A DNA stretch of 64,000 nucleotides, taken from contig CM059431.1 in assembly GCA_030390025.1 (NCBI GenBank), positions 136,774,001-136,838,000 of the forward strand. Reading direction: 5' to 3'. The number at the start of each line of letters is the position of its first letter. Position 1 is the first letter of the stretch. The position numbers were made by a program, and so were the translations under genes. The notes under the pieces were generated by a model that was given only the letters and a program-made list of their open reading frames with translations, was not told where the DNA came from and ran no database searches. The DNA comes from Squalus acanthias. Lineage: Eukaryota. Positions 50,216 through 61,755 of the stretch are shown one piece after another.

Positions 50216-53200
50216 ACCTCCACTGTTTCTAGCTTCGGGTCTCCTCTATTTTCAAGCTTTGGACCTTCATTGTTTCGAGCTCTGGACCTTCACTGTTTCT
50301 AGCTTTGGACCTCCACTGTTTCTTGCTTTGGACATCCACCGTTTCTAGCTTTGGACATTCACTGTTTCGAGCTTTGGACCTCCACTTTTTCTAGCTATGG
50401 ACAAGCACTGTTTCTAGCTTTGGACCTGCACTGTTTCTAGCTTTGGATCTCCACTGTTTCTTGCTTTGGACATCCACCGTTTCTAGCTTTGGACCTCCAC
50501 TGTTTCTAGCTATGGACCTGCACTGTTTCTGGCTTTGGACCTTCACTGTTTCCAGCTATGGACCTGCACTGTTTCTAGCTTTGGACCTTCACTGTTTCTA
50601 GCTTTGGCCCTACACTGTTTCTTGCTTTGGACATCCACCGTTTCTAGCTTTGGACATTCAATGTTTCTAGCTTTGGACCTCCACTTTTTCTAGCTATGGA
50701 CAAGCACTGTTTCTAGCTTTGGACCTGCACTGTTTCTAGCTTTGGATCGCCACTGTTTCTTGCTTTGGATTCCACCGTTTCTAGCTTTGGACCTCCACTG
50801 TTTCTAGCTATGGACCTGCACTGTTTCTGGCTTTGGACCTTCACTGTTTCCAGCTATGGACCTGCACTGTGTCTAGCTTTGGACCTTCACTGTTTCTAGC
50901 TTTGGATCTTCACTGTTTCTAGCTTTGGACCTGTACTGTTTCTAGCTTTGGACCATCACTGTTTCTAACTATAGACCTGCACTGTTTCTAGCTTCGGGTC
51001 TCCTCTATTTACAAGCTTTGGACCTTCATTGTTTCGAGCTTTGGACCTTCACTGTTTCTAGCTTTGGACCTCCGCTGTTTCTTGCTTTGGACATCCACCG
51101 TTTCTTGCTTTGGATCTCCACTGTTTCTAGCTTCGGGTCTCCTCTAATTTCAAACTTTGGACCTTCATTGTTTTGAGCTTTGAACCTTCACTGTTTCTAG
51201 CTTTGGACCTCCATTGTTTCTTGCTTTGGACATCCACCGTTTCTAGCTTTGGTCCATCTCTATTTCCAGCTATGGAACTTCACTGTTTCTAGCTTTGGAC
51301 CTTCACTGTTTCTAGCTATGGACCTGCAATGTATCTAGCTTTGGCCCTTCACTGTTTCTAGCTTTAGATCTTCACTGTTTCTAGCTTTGGACCTGCACTG
51401 TTTCTAGCTTTGGACCTTCACGCTTTCTAGCTATGGACCTGCACTGCTTATAGCTTTGGACCTTCACTGTTTCTAGCTTTAGATCTTCACTATTTCTAGC
51501 TTTGAACCTCCGCTGTTTTTAGCTTTCGACCTTCACTGTTTCTAGCTTTGAACCTTCACTGTTTCTAGCTTTGGCTCTCCACTGTTTCTAGCTTTGGACC
51601 ACAACTGTTTCTAGCTTTGGACCTCCACTGTTTCTAGCTTTGGACCTGCACTGTTTCCAGCTTTGGACCTTCACTATTTCTAGCTTTGGATCTCCACTGT
51701 TTCTAGCTTTGGACCTCCACTGTTTCTAGCTTTGGACCTTTACTGTTTCTAGCTATGGACCTTCACTGTTTCTAGCTTTGGATCTCCGCTGTTTCTAGCT
51801 TTGGACCTTCACTGTTTCTAGCTTTGAACCTTCACTCTTTCTAGCTTTGGCCCTCCACTGTTTCTAGCTTTGGACCACAACTGTTTCTAGCTACGGACCT
51901 AACTGTTTCTAGCTTTGGACCTGCACTGTTTCCAGCTTTGGACCTTCACTATTTCTAGCTTTGGATCTCCACTGTTTCTAGCTTTGGACCTCCACAGTTT
52001 CTAGCTTTGGAGATCACTGTTTCTAGCTATGGACCTTAACTGTTTGTATCTTTGGCTCTTCACTATTTCTAGCTATGGGCCTGCACTTTTTCTAGCTTTG
52101 GAACTTCACTGTTTCTAGCTATGGATCTTCACTGTTTCAGGCTTTGGACCTTCACTTTTTCTAGCTTTGGACCTTCACTGTTTCTAGCTATGGAACTTCA
52201 CTGTTTCTAGCTTTGGACCTCCACTGTCTCTTGCTTTCGACATCCACCGTTTCTAGCTTTGGTCCATCTCTATTTCCAGCTATGGAACTTCACTGATTCT
52301 AGCTTTGGACCTTCACTGTTTCTAGCTATGGACCTGCACTGTATCTAGCTTTGGAACTTCACTGTTTCTAGCTTTAGATCTTCACTGTTTCTAGCTTTGG
52401 ACCTGCACTGTTTCTAGCTTTGGACCTTTACTCTTTCTAGCTTTGGACCTTCACTGTTTCTAGCTATGGACCTGCACTGCTTATAGCTTTGGAACTTCAC
52501 TATTTCTAGCTTTGGATCTCCGCTGTTTCTAGCTTTGGACCTGCACTGTTTCTAGCTTTGGATCGCCACTGTTTCTTGCTTTGGACATCCACCGTTTCTA
52601 GCTTTGGACCTCCACTGTTTCTAGCTATGGACCTGCACTGTTTCTGGCTTTGGACCTTCACTGTTTCCAGCTATGGACCTGCACTGTGTCTAGCTTTGGA
52701 CCTTCACTGTTTCTAGCTTTGGATCTTCACTGTTTCTAGCTTTGGACCTGTACTGTTTCTAGCTTTGGACCATCACTGTTTCTAACTATAGACCTGCACT
52801 GTTTCTAGCTTCGGGTCTCCTCTATTTACAAGCTTTGGACCTTCATTGTTTCGAGCTTTGGACCTTCACTGTTTCTAGCTTTGGACCTCCGCTGTTTCTT
52901 GCTTTGGACATCCACCGTTTCTTGCTTTGGATCTCCACTGTTTCTAGCTTCGGGTCTCCTCTAATTTCAAACTCTGGACCTTCATTGTTTTGAGCTTTGA
53001 ACCTTCACTGTTTCTAGCTTTGGACCTCCATTGTTTCTTGCTTTGGACATCCACCGTTTCTAGCTTTGGTCCATCTCTATTTCCAGCTATGGAACTTCAC
53101 TGTTTCTAGCTTTGGACCTTCACTGTTTCTAGCTATGGACCTGCAATGTATCTAGCTTTGGCCCTTCACTGTTTCTAGCTTTAGATCTTCACTGTTTCTA

Positions 53201-56200
53201 GCTTTGGACCTGCACTGTTTCTAGCTTTGGACCTTCACGCTTTCTAGCTATGGACCTGCACTGCTTATAGCTTTGGACCTTCACTGTTTCTAGCTTTAGA
53301 TCTTCACTATTTCTAGCTTTGAACCTCCGCTGTTTTTAGCTTTCGACCTTCACTGTTTCTAGCTTTGAACCTTCACTGTTTCTAGCTTTGGCTCTCCACT
53401 GTTTCTAGCTTTGGACCACAACTGTTTCTAGCTTTGGACCTCCACTGTTTCTAGCTTTGGACCTGCACTGTTTCCAGCTTTGGACCTTCACTATTTCTAG
53501 CTTTGGATCTCCACTGTTTCTAGCTTTGGACCTCCACTGTTTCTAGCTTTGGACCTTTACTGTTTCTAGCTATGGACCTTCACTGTTTCTAGCTTTGGAT
53601 CTCCGCTGTTTCTAGCTTTGGACCTTCACTGTTTCTAGCTTTGAACCTTCACTCTTTCTAGCTTTGGCCCTCCACTGTTTCTAGCTTTGGACCACAACTG
53701 TTTCTAGCTACGGACCTAACTGTTTCTAGCTTTGGACCTGCACTGTTTCCAGCTTTGGACCTTCACTATTTCTAGCTTTGGATCTCCACTGTTTCTAGCT
53801 TTGGACCTCCACAGTTTCTAGCTTTGGAGATCACTGTTTCTAGCTATGGACCTTAACTGTTTGTATCTTTGGCTCTTCACTATTTCTAGCTATGGGCCTG
53901 CACTTTTTCTAGCTTTGGAACTTCACTGTTTCTAGCTATGGATCTTCACTGTTTCAGGCTTTGGACCTTCACTTTTTCTAGCTTTGGACCTTCACTGTTT
54001 CTAGCTATGGAACTTCACTGTTTCTAGCTTTGGACCTCCACTGTTTCTTGCTTTCGACATCCACCGTTTCTAGCTTTGGTCCATCTCTATTTCCAGCTAT
54101 GGAACTTCACTGATTCTAGCTTTGGACCTTCACTGTTTCTAGCTATGGACCTGCACTGTATCTAGCTTTGGAACTTCACTGTTTCTAGCTTTAGATCTTC
54201 ACTGTTTCTAGCTTTGGACCTGCACTGTTTCTAGCTTTGGACCTTTACTCTTTCTAGCTTTGGACCTTCACTGTTTCTAGCTATGGACCTGCACTGCTTA
54301 TAGCTTTGGAACTTCACTATTTCTAGCTTTGGATCTCCGCTGTTTCTAGCTTTGGACCTGCACTGTTTCTAGCTTTGGATCGCCACTGTTTCTTGCTTTG
54401 GACATCCACCGTTTCTAGCTTTGGACCTCCACTGTTTCTAGCTATGGACCTGCACTGTTTCTGGCTTTGGACCTTCACTGTTTCCAGCTATGGACCTGCA
54501 CTGTGTCTAGCTTTGGACCTTCACTGTTTCTAGCTTTGGATCTTCACTGTTTCTAGCTTTGGACCTGTACTGTTTCTAGCTTTGGACCATCACTGTTTCT
54601 AACTATAGACCTGCACTGTTTCTAGCTTCGGGTCTCCTCTATTTACAAGCTTTGGACCTTCATTGTTTCGAGCTTTGGACCTTCACTGTTTCTAGCTTTG
54701 GACCTCCGCTGTTTCTTGCTTTGGACATCCACCGTTTCTTGCTTTGGATCTCCACTGTTTCTAGCTTCGGGTCTCCTCTAATTTCAAACTCTGGACCTTC
54801 ATTGTTTTGAGCTTTGAACCTTCACTGTTTCTAGCTTTGGACCTCCATTGTTTCTTGCTTTGGACATCCACCGTTTCTAGCTTTGGTCCATCTCTATTTC
54901 CAGCTATGGAACTTCACTGTTTCTAGCTTTGGACCTTCACTGTTTCTAGCTATGGACCTGCAATGTATCTAGCTTTGGCCCTTCACTGTTTCTAGCTTTA
55001 GATCTTCACTGTTTCTAGCTTTGGACCTGCACTGTTTCTAGCTTTGGACCTTCACGCTTTCTAGCTATGGACCTGCACTGCTTATAGCTTTGGACCTTCA
55101 CTGTTTCTAGCTTTAGATCTTCACTATTTCTAGCTTTGAACCTCCGCTGTTTTTAGCTTTCGACCTTCACTGTTTCTAGCTTTGAACCTTCACTGTTTCT
55201 AGCTTTGGCTCTCCACTGTTTCTAGCTTTGGACCACAACTGTTTCTAGCTTTGGACCTCCACTGTTTCTAGCTTTGGACCTGCACTGTTTCCAGCTTTGG
55301 ACCTTCACTATTTCTAGCTTTGGATCTCCACTGTTTCTAGCTTTGGACCTCCACTGTTTCTAGCTTTGGACCTTTACTGTTTCTAGCTATGGACCTTCAC
55401 TGTTTCTAGCTTTGGATCTCCGCTGTTTCTAGCTTTGGACCTTCACTGTTTCTAGCTTTGAACCTTCACTCTTTCTAGCTTTGGCCCTCCACTGTTTCTA
55501 GCTTTGGACCACAACTGTTTCTAGCTACGGACCTAACTGTTTCTAGCTTTGGACCTGCACTGTTTCCAGCTTTGGACCTTCACTATTTCTAGCTTTGGAT
55601 CTCCACTGTTTCTAGCTTTGGACCTCCACAGTTTCTAGCTTTGGAGATCACTGTTTCTAGCTATGGACCTTAACTGTTTGTATCTTTGGCTCTTCACTAT
55701 TTCTAGCTATGGGCCTGCACTTTTTCTAGCTTTGGAACTTCACTGTTTCTAGCTATGGATCTTCACTGTTTCAGGCTTTGGACCTTCACTTTTTCTAGCT
55801 TTGGACCTTCACTGTTTCTAGCTATGGAACTTCACTGTTTCTAGCTTTGGACCTCCACTGTTTCTTGCTTTCGACATCCACCGTTTCTAGCTTTGGTCCA
55901 TCTCTATTTCCAGCTATGGAACTTCACTGATTCTAGCTTTGGACCTTCACTGTTTCTAGCTATGGACCTGCACTGTATCTAGCTTTGGAACTTCACTGTT
56001 TCTAGCTTTAGATCTTCACTGTTTCTAGCTTTGGACCTGCACTGTTTCTAGCTTTGGACCTTTACTCTTTCTAGCTTTGGACCTTCACTGTTTCTAGCTA
56101 TGGACCTGCACTGCTTATAGCTTTGGAACTTCACTATTTCTAGCTTTGGATCTCCGCTGTTTCTAGCTTTGGACCTTCACTGTTTCTAGCTTTGAACCTT

Positions 56201-58670
56201 CACTGTTTCTAGCTTTGGCCCTCAACTGTTTCTAGCTTTGGACCACAACTGTTTCTAGTTATGGACCTGCACTGTTTCTAGCTTTGGACCTGCACTGTTT
56301 CCAGCTTTGGACTATCACTATTTCTAGCTTTGGATCTCCACTGTTTCTAGCTTTGGACCTCCACTGTTTCTAGCTTTGGACCTTCACTGTTTCTAGCTAT
56401 GGACCTTCACTGTTTCTAGCTTTGGTTCTTCACTGTTTCTAGCTATGGGCCTGCACTGTTTCTAGCTTTGGAATTTCACTGTTTCTAGCTATGGATCTTC
56501 ACTGTTTCAGGCTTTGGACCTTCACTTTTTCTAGCTTTGGACCTTCACTGTTTCTAGCTTTGGACCTCCACTGTTTCTTGCTTTGGACATCCAACGTTTC
56601 TAGCTTTGGTTCATCTCTATTTCCAGCTATGGAACTTCACTGTTTCTAGCTTTGGACCTTCACTGTTTCTAGCTATGGACCTGCACTTTATCTAGCTTTG
56701 GACCTTCACTGTTTTTAGCTTTAGATCTTCACTGTTTCTAGCTTTGGACCTGCACTGTTTCTAGCTTTGGACCTTCACTCTTTCTAGCTATGGACCTGCA
56801 CTGCTTATAGCTTTGGACCTTCACTATTTCTAGCTTTGGATCTCCGCTGTTTCTAGCTTTGGACCTTCACTGTTTCTAGCTTTGAATCTTCACTGTTTCT
56901 AGCTTTGGCCCTCCACTGTTTCTAGCTTTGGACCACAACTGTTTCTAGCTATGGACCTGCACTGTTTCTAGCTTTGGACCTGCACTGTTTCCAGCTTTGG
57001 ACCTTAACTATTTCTAGCTTTGGATCTCCACTGTTTCTAGCTTTGGACCTCCACTGTTTCTAGCTTTGGACCTTCACTGTTTCTAGCTATGGACCTTCAC
57101 TGTTTCTAGCTTTGTCTCTTCACTGTTTCTAGCTATAGGCCTGCACTGTTTCAGGCTTTGGAACTTCACTGTTTCTAACTATGGATCTTCACTGTTTCAG
57201 GCTTTGGATCTTCACTTTTTCTAGCTTTGGACCTTCACTGTTTCTAGCTATGGAACTTCACTGTTTCCAGCTTTGGACCTTCACTGTTTCTAGCTTTGGC
57301 TCTTCACTGTTTCAGGCTTTGGAACTTCACGATTTCTAGCTTTGGACCTTCACTGTTTCTAGCTTTGGACCTTCACTGTTTCTAGCTTTTGTTCTTCGCT
57401 GTTTGTAGCTTTGGTTCTTCACTGTTTCAGGCTTTGGACCTCCACTGTTTCTAGCTTGGACCTCCACTGTTTCTAGCTTTGGAACTCCTCTATTTCTAGC
57501 TTTGGAACTTCACTGTTTCTAGCTTTGGACCTACACTATTTCTAGCTTTGGATCTCCTCCGTTTCTAGTTTTGGATCTTCACTGTTTCTAGCTTTGGATA
57601 TTCACTTTTTCAGGCTTTGGACCTCCACTGTTTCTAGCTTTGGACCTCCACAGTTTCTAGCTCAGGACCTTCACTGTTTCTTGCTTTGGATCTCCACTGT
57701 TTCTTGCTTTCGACATCCACCGTTTCTTGCTTTGGACCTCCACTGTTTCTAGCTTCGGGTCTCCTCTATTGTCAAGCTTTCGACCTTCATTGTTTCGAGA
57801 TTTGAACCTTCATTGTTTCGAGCTTTGAACATTCACGTTTTCTAGCTTTGAACCTTCACTGTTTCTAGCTTTGGACATCCACCGTTTCTAGCTTTGGACC
57901 TGCACTGTTTCTAGCTATGGAACTTCACTGTTTCTAGTTATGGACCTGCACTGTTTCTAGCTATGGTCCTTCACTGTTTCTAGCTTTGGCTTGTCACTGT
58001 TTCTAGCTATGGATCTTCACTGTTTCAGGCTTTGGAACTTCACTGTTTCTAGCTTTGGACCTTCACTGTTTCTAGCTTTGGAACTTCACTGTTTCTAGCT
58101 TTGGCCTTCACTGTTTCTAGCTTTGGATCTTCACTGTTTCAGGCTTTGGACATTCACTATTTCTAGCTTTGGACCTTCACTGTTTCTGGTTTTGGACCTT
58201 CACTGTTTCTAGCTTTGGTTCTTCACTGTTTGTAGCTTTGGATCTTCACTGTTTCAGTCTTTGGACCTTCACTATTTCTAGCTATGAATCTCCACCTTTT
58301 CTAGCTTTGGATCTTCACTGTTTCTCGCTTTGAACCCTCACTGTTTCTAGCTTTGGACCTTCACTGTTTCTAGCTTTGGATCTTCACTTTTTCTAGCTTT
58401 GGACCTGCACTGTTTCTAGCTTTGGATCTTCACTGTTTCTAGCTTTGGATCTCCACTGGTACTAGCTTTGGACCTTCACTGATTCTAGCTTTGGACCTTC
58501 ACTTTTTCTAGCTTTGGACCTTCACTGTTTCTAGCTTTGGACCTTCACTGTTTCTAGCCTTGGATCTTCACTGTTACTAGCTTTGGACATCCACCGTTTC
58601 TAGCTTTGGACCTCCACTGTTTCTAGCTATGGACCTGCACTGTTTCTAGTTATGGATCTTTACTGTTTCT
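50186..58670. repeat. 23-bp tandem satellite, consensus CTTTGGACCTTCACTGTTTCTAG (about 370 units), with three copies of a ~1817-bp higher-order repeat
   Basis: Period 23 (cactg at 50291, 50314); diagnostic variant ggatcgccactg at 50744, 52560, 54377. Confidence 0.97.
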
Positions 58671-58854
58671 ACCACCAAACCTTTATTCTGTTTACCTTAT
58701 TTAAAAATCAATGATGACAACCGCTTTAAATGCTCCTTTGACATTTGTCTTCGATTATTTTACCGGCGACTCCAACTTATTTAAAATAAACCACTTATTG
58801 TCGGGGGAGTTGTTAAAATCAGGCACTTTTCAGTCTAAAATGTTAAATTGTGTG

Positions 58855-59170
58855 GACAGATTCCGTTCACTTGGCTTGCACTCCCTGGGGTATAGAAAAT
58901 TAACAGGTGATCTGTAACAGATGATTACAGTAGGTATATGGTATGTAGTAGAGGGGAAATATCTACCTCTGGTGTGGGAGTCCTTATTAAGGGTGGAAAT
59001 TTTATAATGGGAGCTGATCCTGTCAGGGCTAATGTCAGGAAGCACTTCTTCACAAAAAGGATGACGGTACCGAGCCGGGAAAATGGAGTTCAGATACAGA
59101 TCAACCATGATCTAATTGAATGGCAGAACATGTTCGATGGGCTGCATGGTCTCCTCCTATTCCTATGTTA
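58855..59170 (+). mobile_element. Old CR1 3' fragment
   Basis: LGLHSLGYRKLTGDL and VRKHFFTKR; tail ctcctattcctatgtt. Confidence 0.7.
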
Positions 59171-59242
59171 CTAATCGAGCCAAATAATCTTAAACTGGAA
59201 AGTGATTCCCCTTGCATTATCCGGAATCGACCAAAATCAATG

Positions 59243-59261
59243 TGTTTATTTTGTTTTACAG
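59243..59261 (+). promoter_or_regulatory. Candidate 3' splice acceptor ahead of the B3GALT5-like coding exon
   Basis: tgtttattttgttttacAG ends 36 nt upstream of the ATG at 59297. Confidence 0.6.
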
Positions 59262-59296
59262 CTGATTTAAAACATGATGATATTTTCTGGTGCAAT

Positions 59297-59948
59297 ATGG
59301 TGTTCCGAATGAAGTACTACAAATGTTCAGTTGTTTGTGTGAAACTTTTGCTGATGTTTATAATACTCAGATATTTAAGCCTCAACAATTCTGATTATTG
59401 GCCTTACCCAAAGTTAAATGACGCCTCCTACTTAATGCGACCCGATAGCAGGTGTAATTTTGTCCGTCCGCCTCCTTTGTGATGAAAACCGATTCAGACA
59501 TGTTTGTCAACGCTGATTATCTGAGAGAGCTCTTGTCACGAACCAGCCGCAGGAACATCTTCACCGGCTACATACTAAGACACCAAAGACCCTTCAGGGA
59601 CAAATCCAGTAAATGGTACGTGAGTGAAGAGGAATACCCTCTGGAAACGTATCCGCCATTCTGCTGCGGCACTGGGTACATTCTCTCGTCCAATGCCGCC
59701 TGCCGAGTTGGAATGTTTCGAAAACCGTCACCAAACTGAAATTTGAGGACGTTTTCGTCGCTCTCTGCCTGGCTAAGTTGAAGGTAGCGCCGGTGGAAGT
59801 AGACTCGCGGAAAGAATTCTACAATTCAAAGGTCTAGTTTTCTATTTGCACCTTTCAGAAACTCGTGACCTCTCACGGGGTGAAACCCTACGAGCTGCTG
59901 ATCTACTGGAAAGCACTGGCAGATGCAGCAACTGAGGACTGCCCTTGA
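59297..59948 (+). pseudogene. B3GALT5: Beta-1,3-galactosyltransferase 5-like (GT31) pseudogene, single coding exon
   Basis: N-terminal type II anchor MVFRMKYYKCSVVCVKLLLMFIILRYL..YLMRPDSRC; then FCPSASFVMKTDSDMFVN, SKWYVSEEEYP, YPPFCCGTGY, FEDVFVALCL, LVTSHGVKP, YWKAL..EDCP*, matching human B3GALT5 motifs as recalled. Lesions: large deletion with frameshift near 59457, frameshift near 59709, TAG at 59835. Orthology versus paralogy is not established. Confidence 0.88.
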
Positions 59949-60409
59949 GATACGTGAAGGAGGCAATCGTGACGAGGCTTGTCATTTGGCTCTCCAAATT
60001 CCACCATCCCTTTATTGTGCAGCATCATTACACCCATACCAGATACCAAATCTGCTGCTGTTGGTGTGCAGGCATAATGTTCACTGCACCTCCAAAATAA
60101 TCTGTGTCAAGTGCATTAGGATGATTTTGGGAGATCCGACAAGGTGTTAGGTTTATCTGTCCTTTATTGGAATTTGTACATCTCTATTCATTTCCTCCTT
60201 TCTCTTCACATTTATTAAGGATGCCTCCTTTATGAACAGGCTATGCTGTAATTACACTCTCCTTCCAGTGGTGATGCTGTAGAGCCGCAGTTTGACGCCT
60301 CCCAGCTCCTCCGCCTGTGCCACTGAGAAGCCAAATCCACATCTCCGCTTCCCAAATTGCAATTTACCTCGATTTCTCAATACAAATATTAATATAAAAT
60401 CAAGATATG

Positions 60410-60650
60410 TAAAGATGTATATTTTTAAGATAATTAACGATTGATCCAGAGAGAAGATGGGGTGGATTTGTCTCTCGCAGCGAGTTGTTGTGATCTGGAA
60501 TGCAGTGCTTTGAGAGGGTGGTGGAAACAGTAGCAATAGTAACTTTCAAAAGGGAATTGTATAAATACTTGAAGGGAAAAATGTGCAGGGCTATGGGGAA
60601 GGAGCAGGGGAGTGGGACTAAACGGAGGCTCTTTCACAGAGCCGGCACAG
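60410..60650 (+). mobile_element. Old CR1 3' fragment
   Basis: cagcgagttgttgtgatctggaatgca...gagagggtggtggaa...actttcaaaagggaattg (QRVV.IWN..ERVVE..FKREL). Confidence 0.7.
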
Positions 60651-61289
60651 AAAGGGATTTCTTGATGAAACAAACAAATTAATCAAAGAGCTTCTTGAAA
60701 ATAATGTCTGCCATTTTTATCATTATCTGAAATGTCTCATCTTCAAACTGAGATTCTAAATAAAAACAAAAACTTGATTTTCGCATCAACATCATTAAAT
60801 CTAATGATGGCATTGTTTTTAATATTTATTTTATTGCCTTCCATGAAGATTTAACTTCAAAGCATCAGCATGTCGCAAAAACCTGGGTTTACATTAATAT
60901 TTTTTAACCAGAGAATAGTTGAATAAATCTTTCAAAGACACATGTACATTCTGAGTTGCTCGAATTTCTGGATCCCAGGCAGCCACGTTGCATATTTGCG
61001 CCAACTACTTAACTCCAGAGCCGCTCTCTCTGTTCACAAATCTTTAAGCCACATTCCCAGTGCTCCCTGATCCCAGGTCTGGCCCCAGTGCTCTAACATC
61101 CTGAGATCCCCAATGATTTTTCCCAGGATCCTAATACAAATGGTAAATCGTGAGATCTCAATGTACACAAAAATACATCGATGTAACAGCACGGAAACAT
61201 TCCATTCCACCTGTGGAAGTGCAGTTTTTCTCTCGGACAAAATGGCTTCCTTGAATTTAAACTAATATAAAATGGCCGACTATGACTTG

Positions 61290-61731
61290 TGTGGAAAAGG
61301 GAAAAATCCATTGTTATGTTCTTTACTGAAAATAACTTTAAAGTTCTAGACTATGCTGTCAGCAAAGTCTGCCTGCACAAAAGAAAACAGGCTTAAATCG
61401 AGATAACCAAGGGCTAGTAAAGTAAACAAACAGGGCCTTGGCCTTGGGAAGAAAAAGAACAGACAGATAGACTCCATTTTATAGGGATTAGTTAGTCTCA
61501 CTGTAAGGCATTTCTTATGTGTTTTTTCTAATGGTTAATTTAGCTTACCTTAAACAACATGTCATGTGATATTGTAATGTATAAGAATACGCCATTTTCT
61601 GTGATTCGGCAGTTTGTCATCATAGCTAATTGGGCTATGGTTGCAGTCTCCTTGCAAGTAAAATATAATAAAAAGCCTTCTTTGACGATATTGTCTACAA
61701 GAGTCTTTAATCGGAAGTCGAAACTTCGACA
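61290..61731 (+). mobile_element. 5' LTR of an endogenous retrovirus-like element (left boundary uncertain)
   Basis: TATA-like tgtataag near 61578, AATAAA near 61667, and a terminal ...cgaCA followed 6 nt later by a PBS. Confidence 0.72.
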
Positions 61732-61737
61732 GTTTCT

Positions 61738-61755
61738 TGGAGGTCCCACCGAGAT
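61738..61755 (+). promoter_or_regulatory. Primer-binding site complementary to tRNA-Gln
   Basis: TGGAGGTCCCACCGAGAT, the 18-nt Gln-type PBS known from gamma-type ERVs. Confidence 0.88.

Noticed and set aside
50186..58670. AGCT in nearly every monomer, suggesting an AID-hotspot immunoglobulin switch region
   Set aside because: The motif is inherited from the CR1 segment that seeded the array, and no immunoglobulin exons are visible in the window.
59120..59482. 120-aa ORF as an independent gene
   Set aside because: Its 5' part is CR1 tail and intron-like sequence, and its 3' part is the pseudogene N-terminus ending at a deletion-induced stop.
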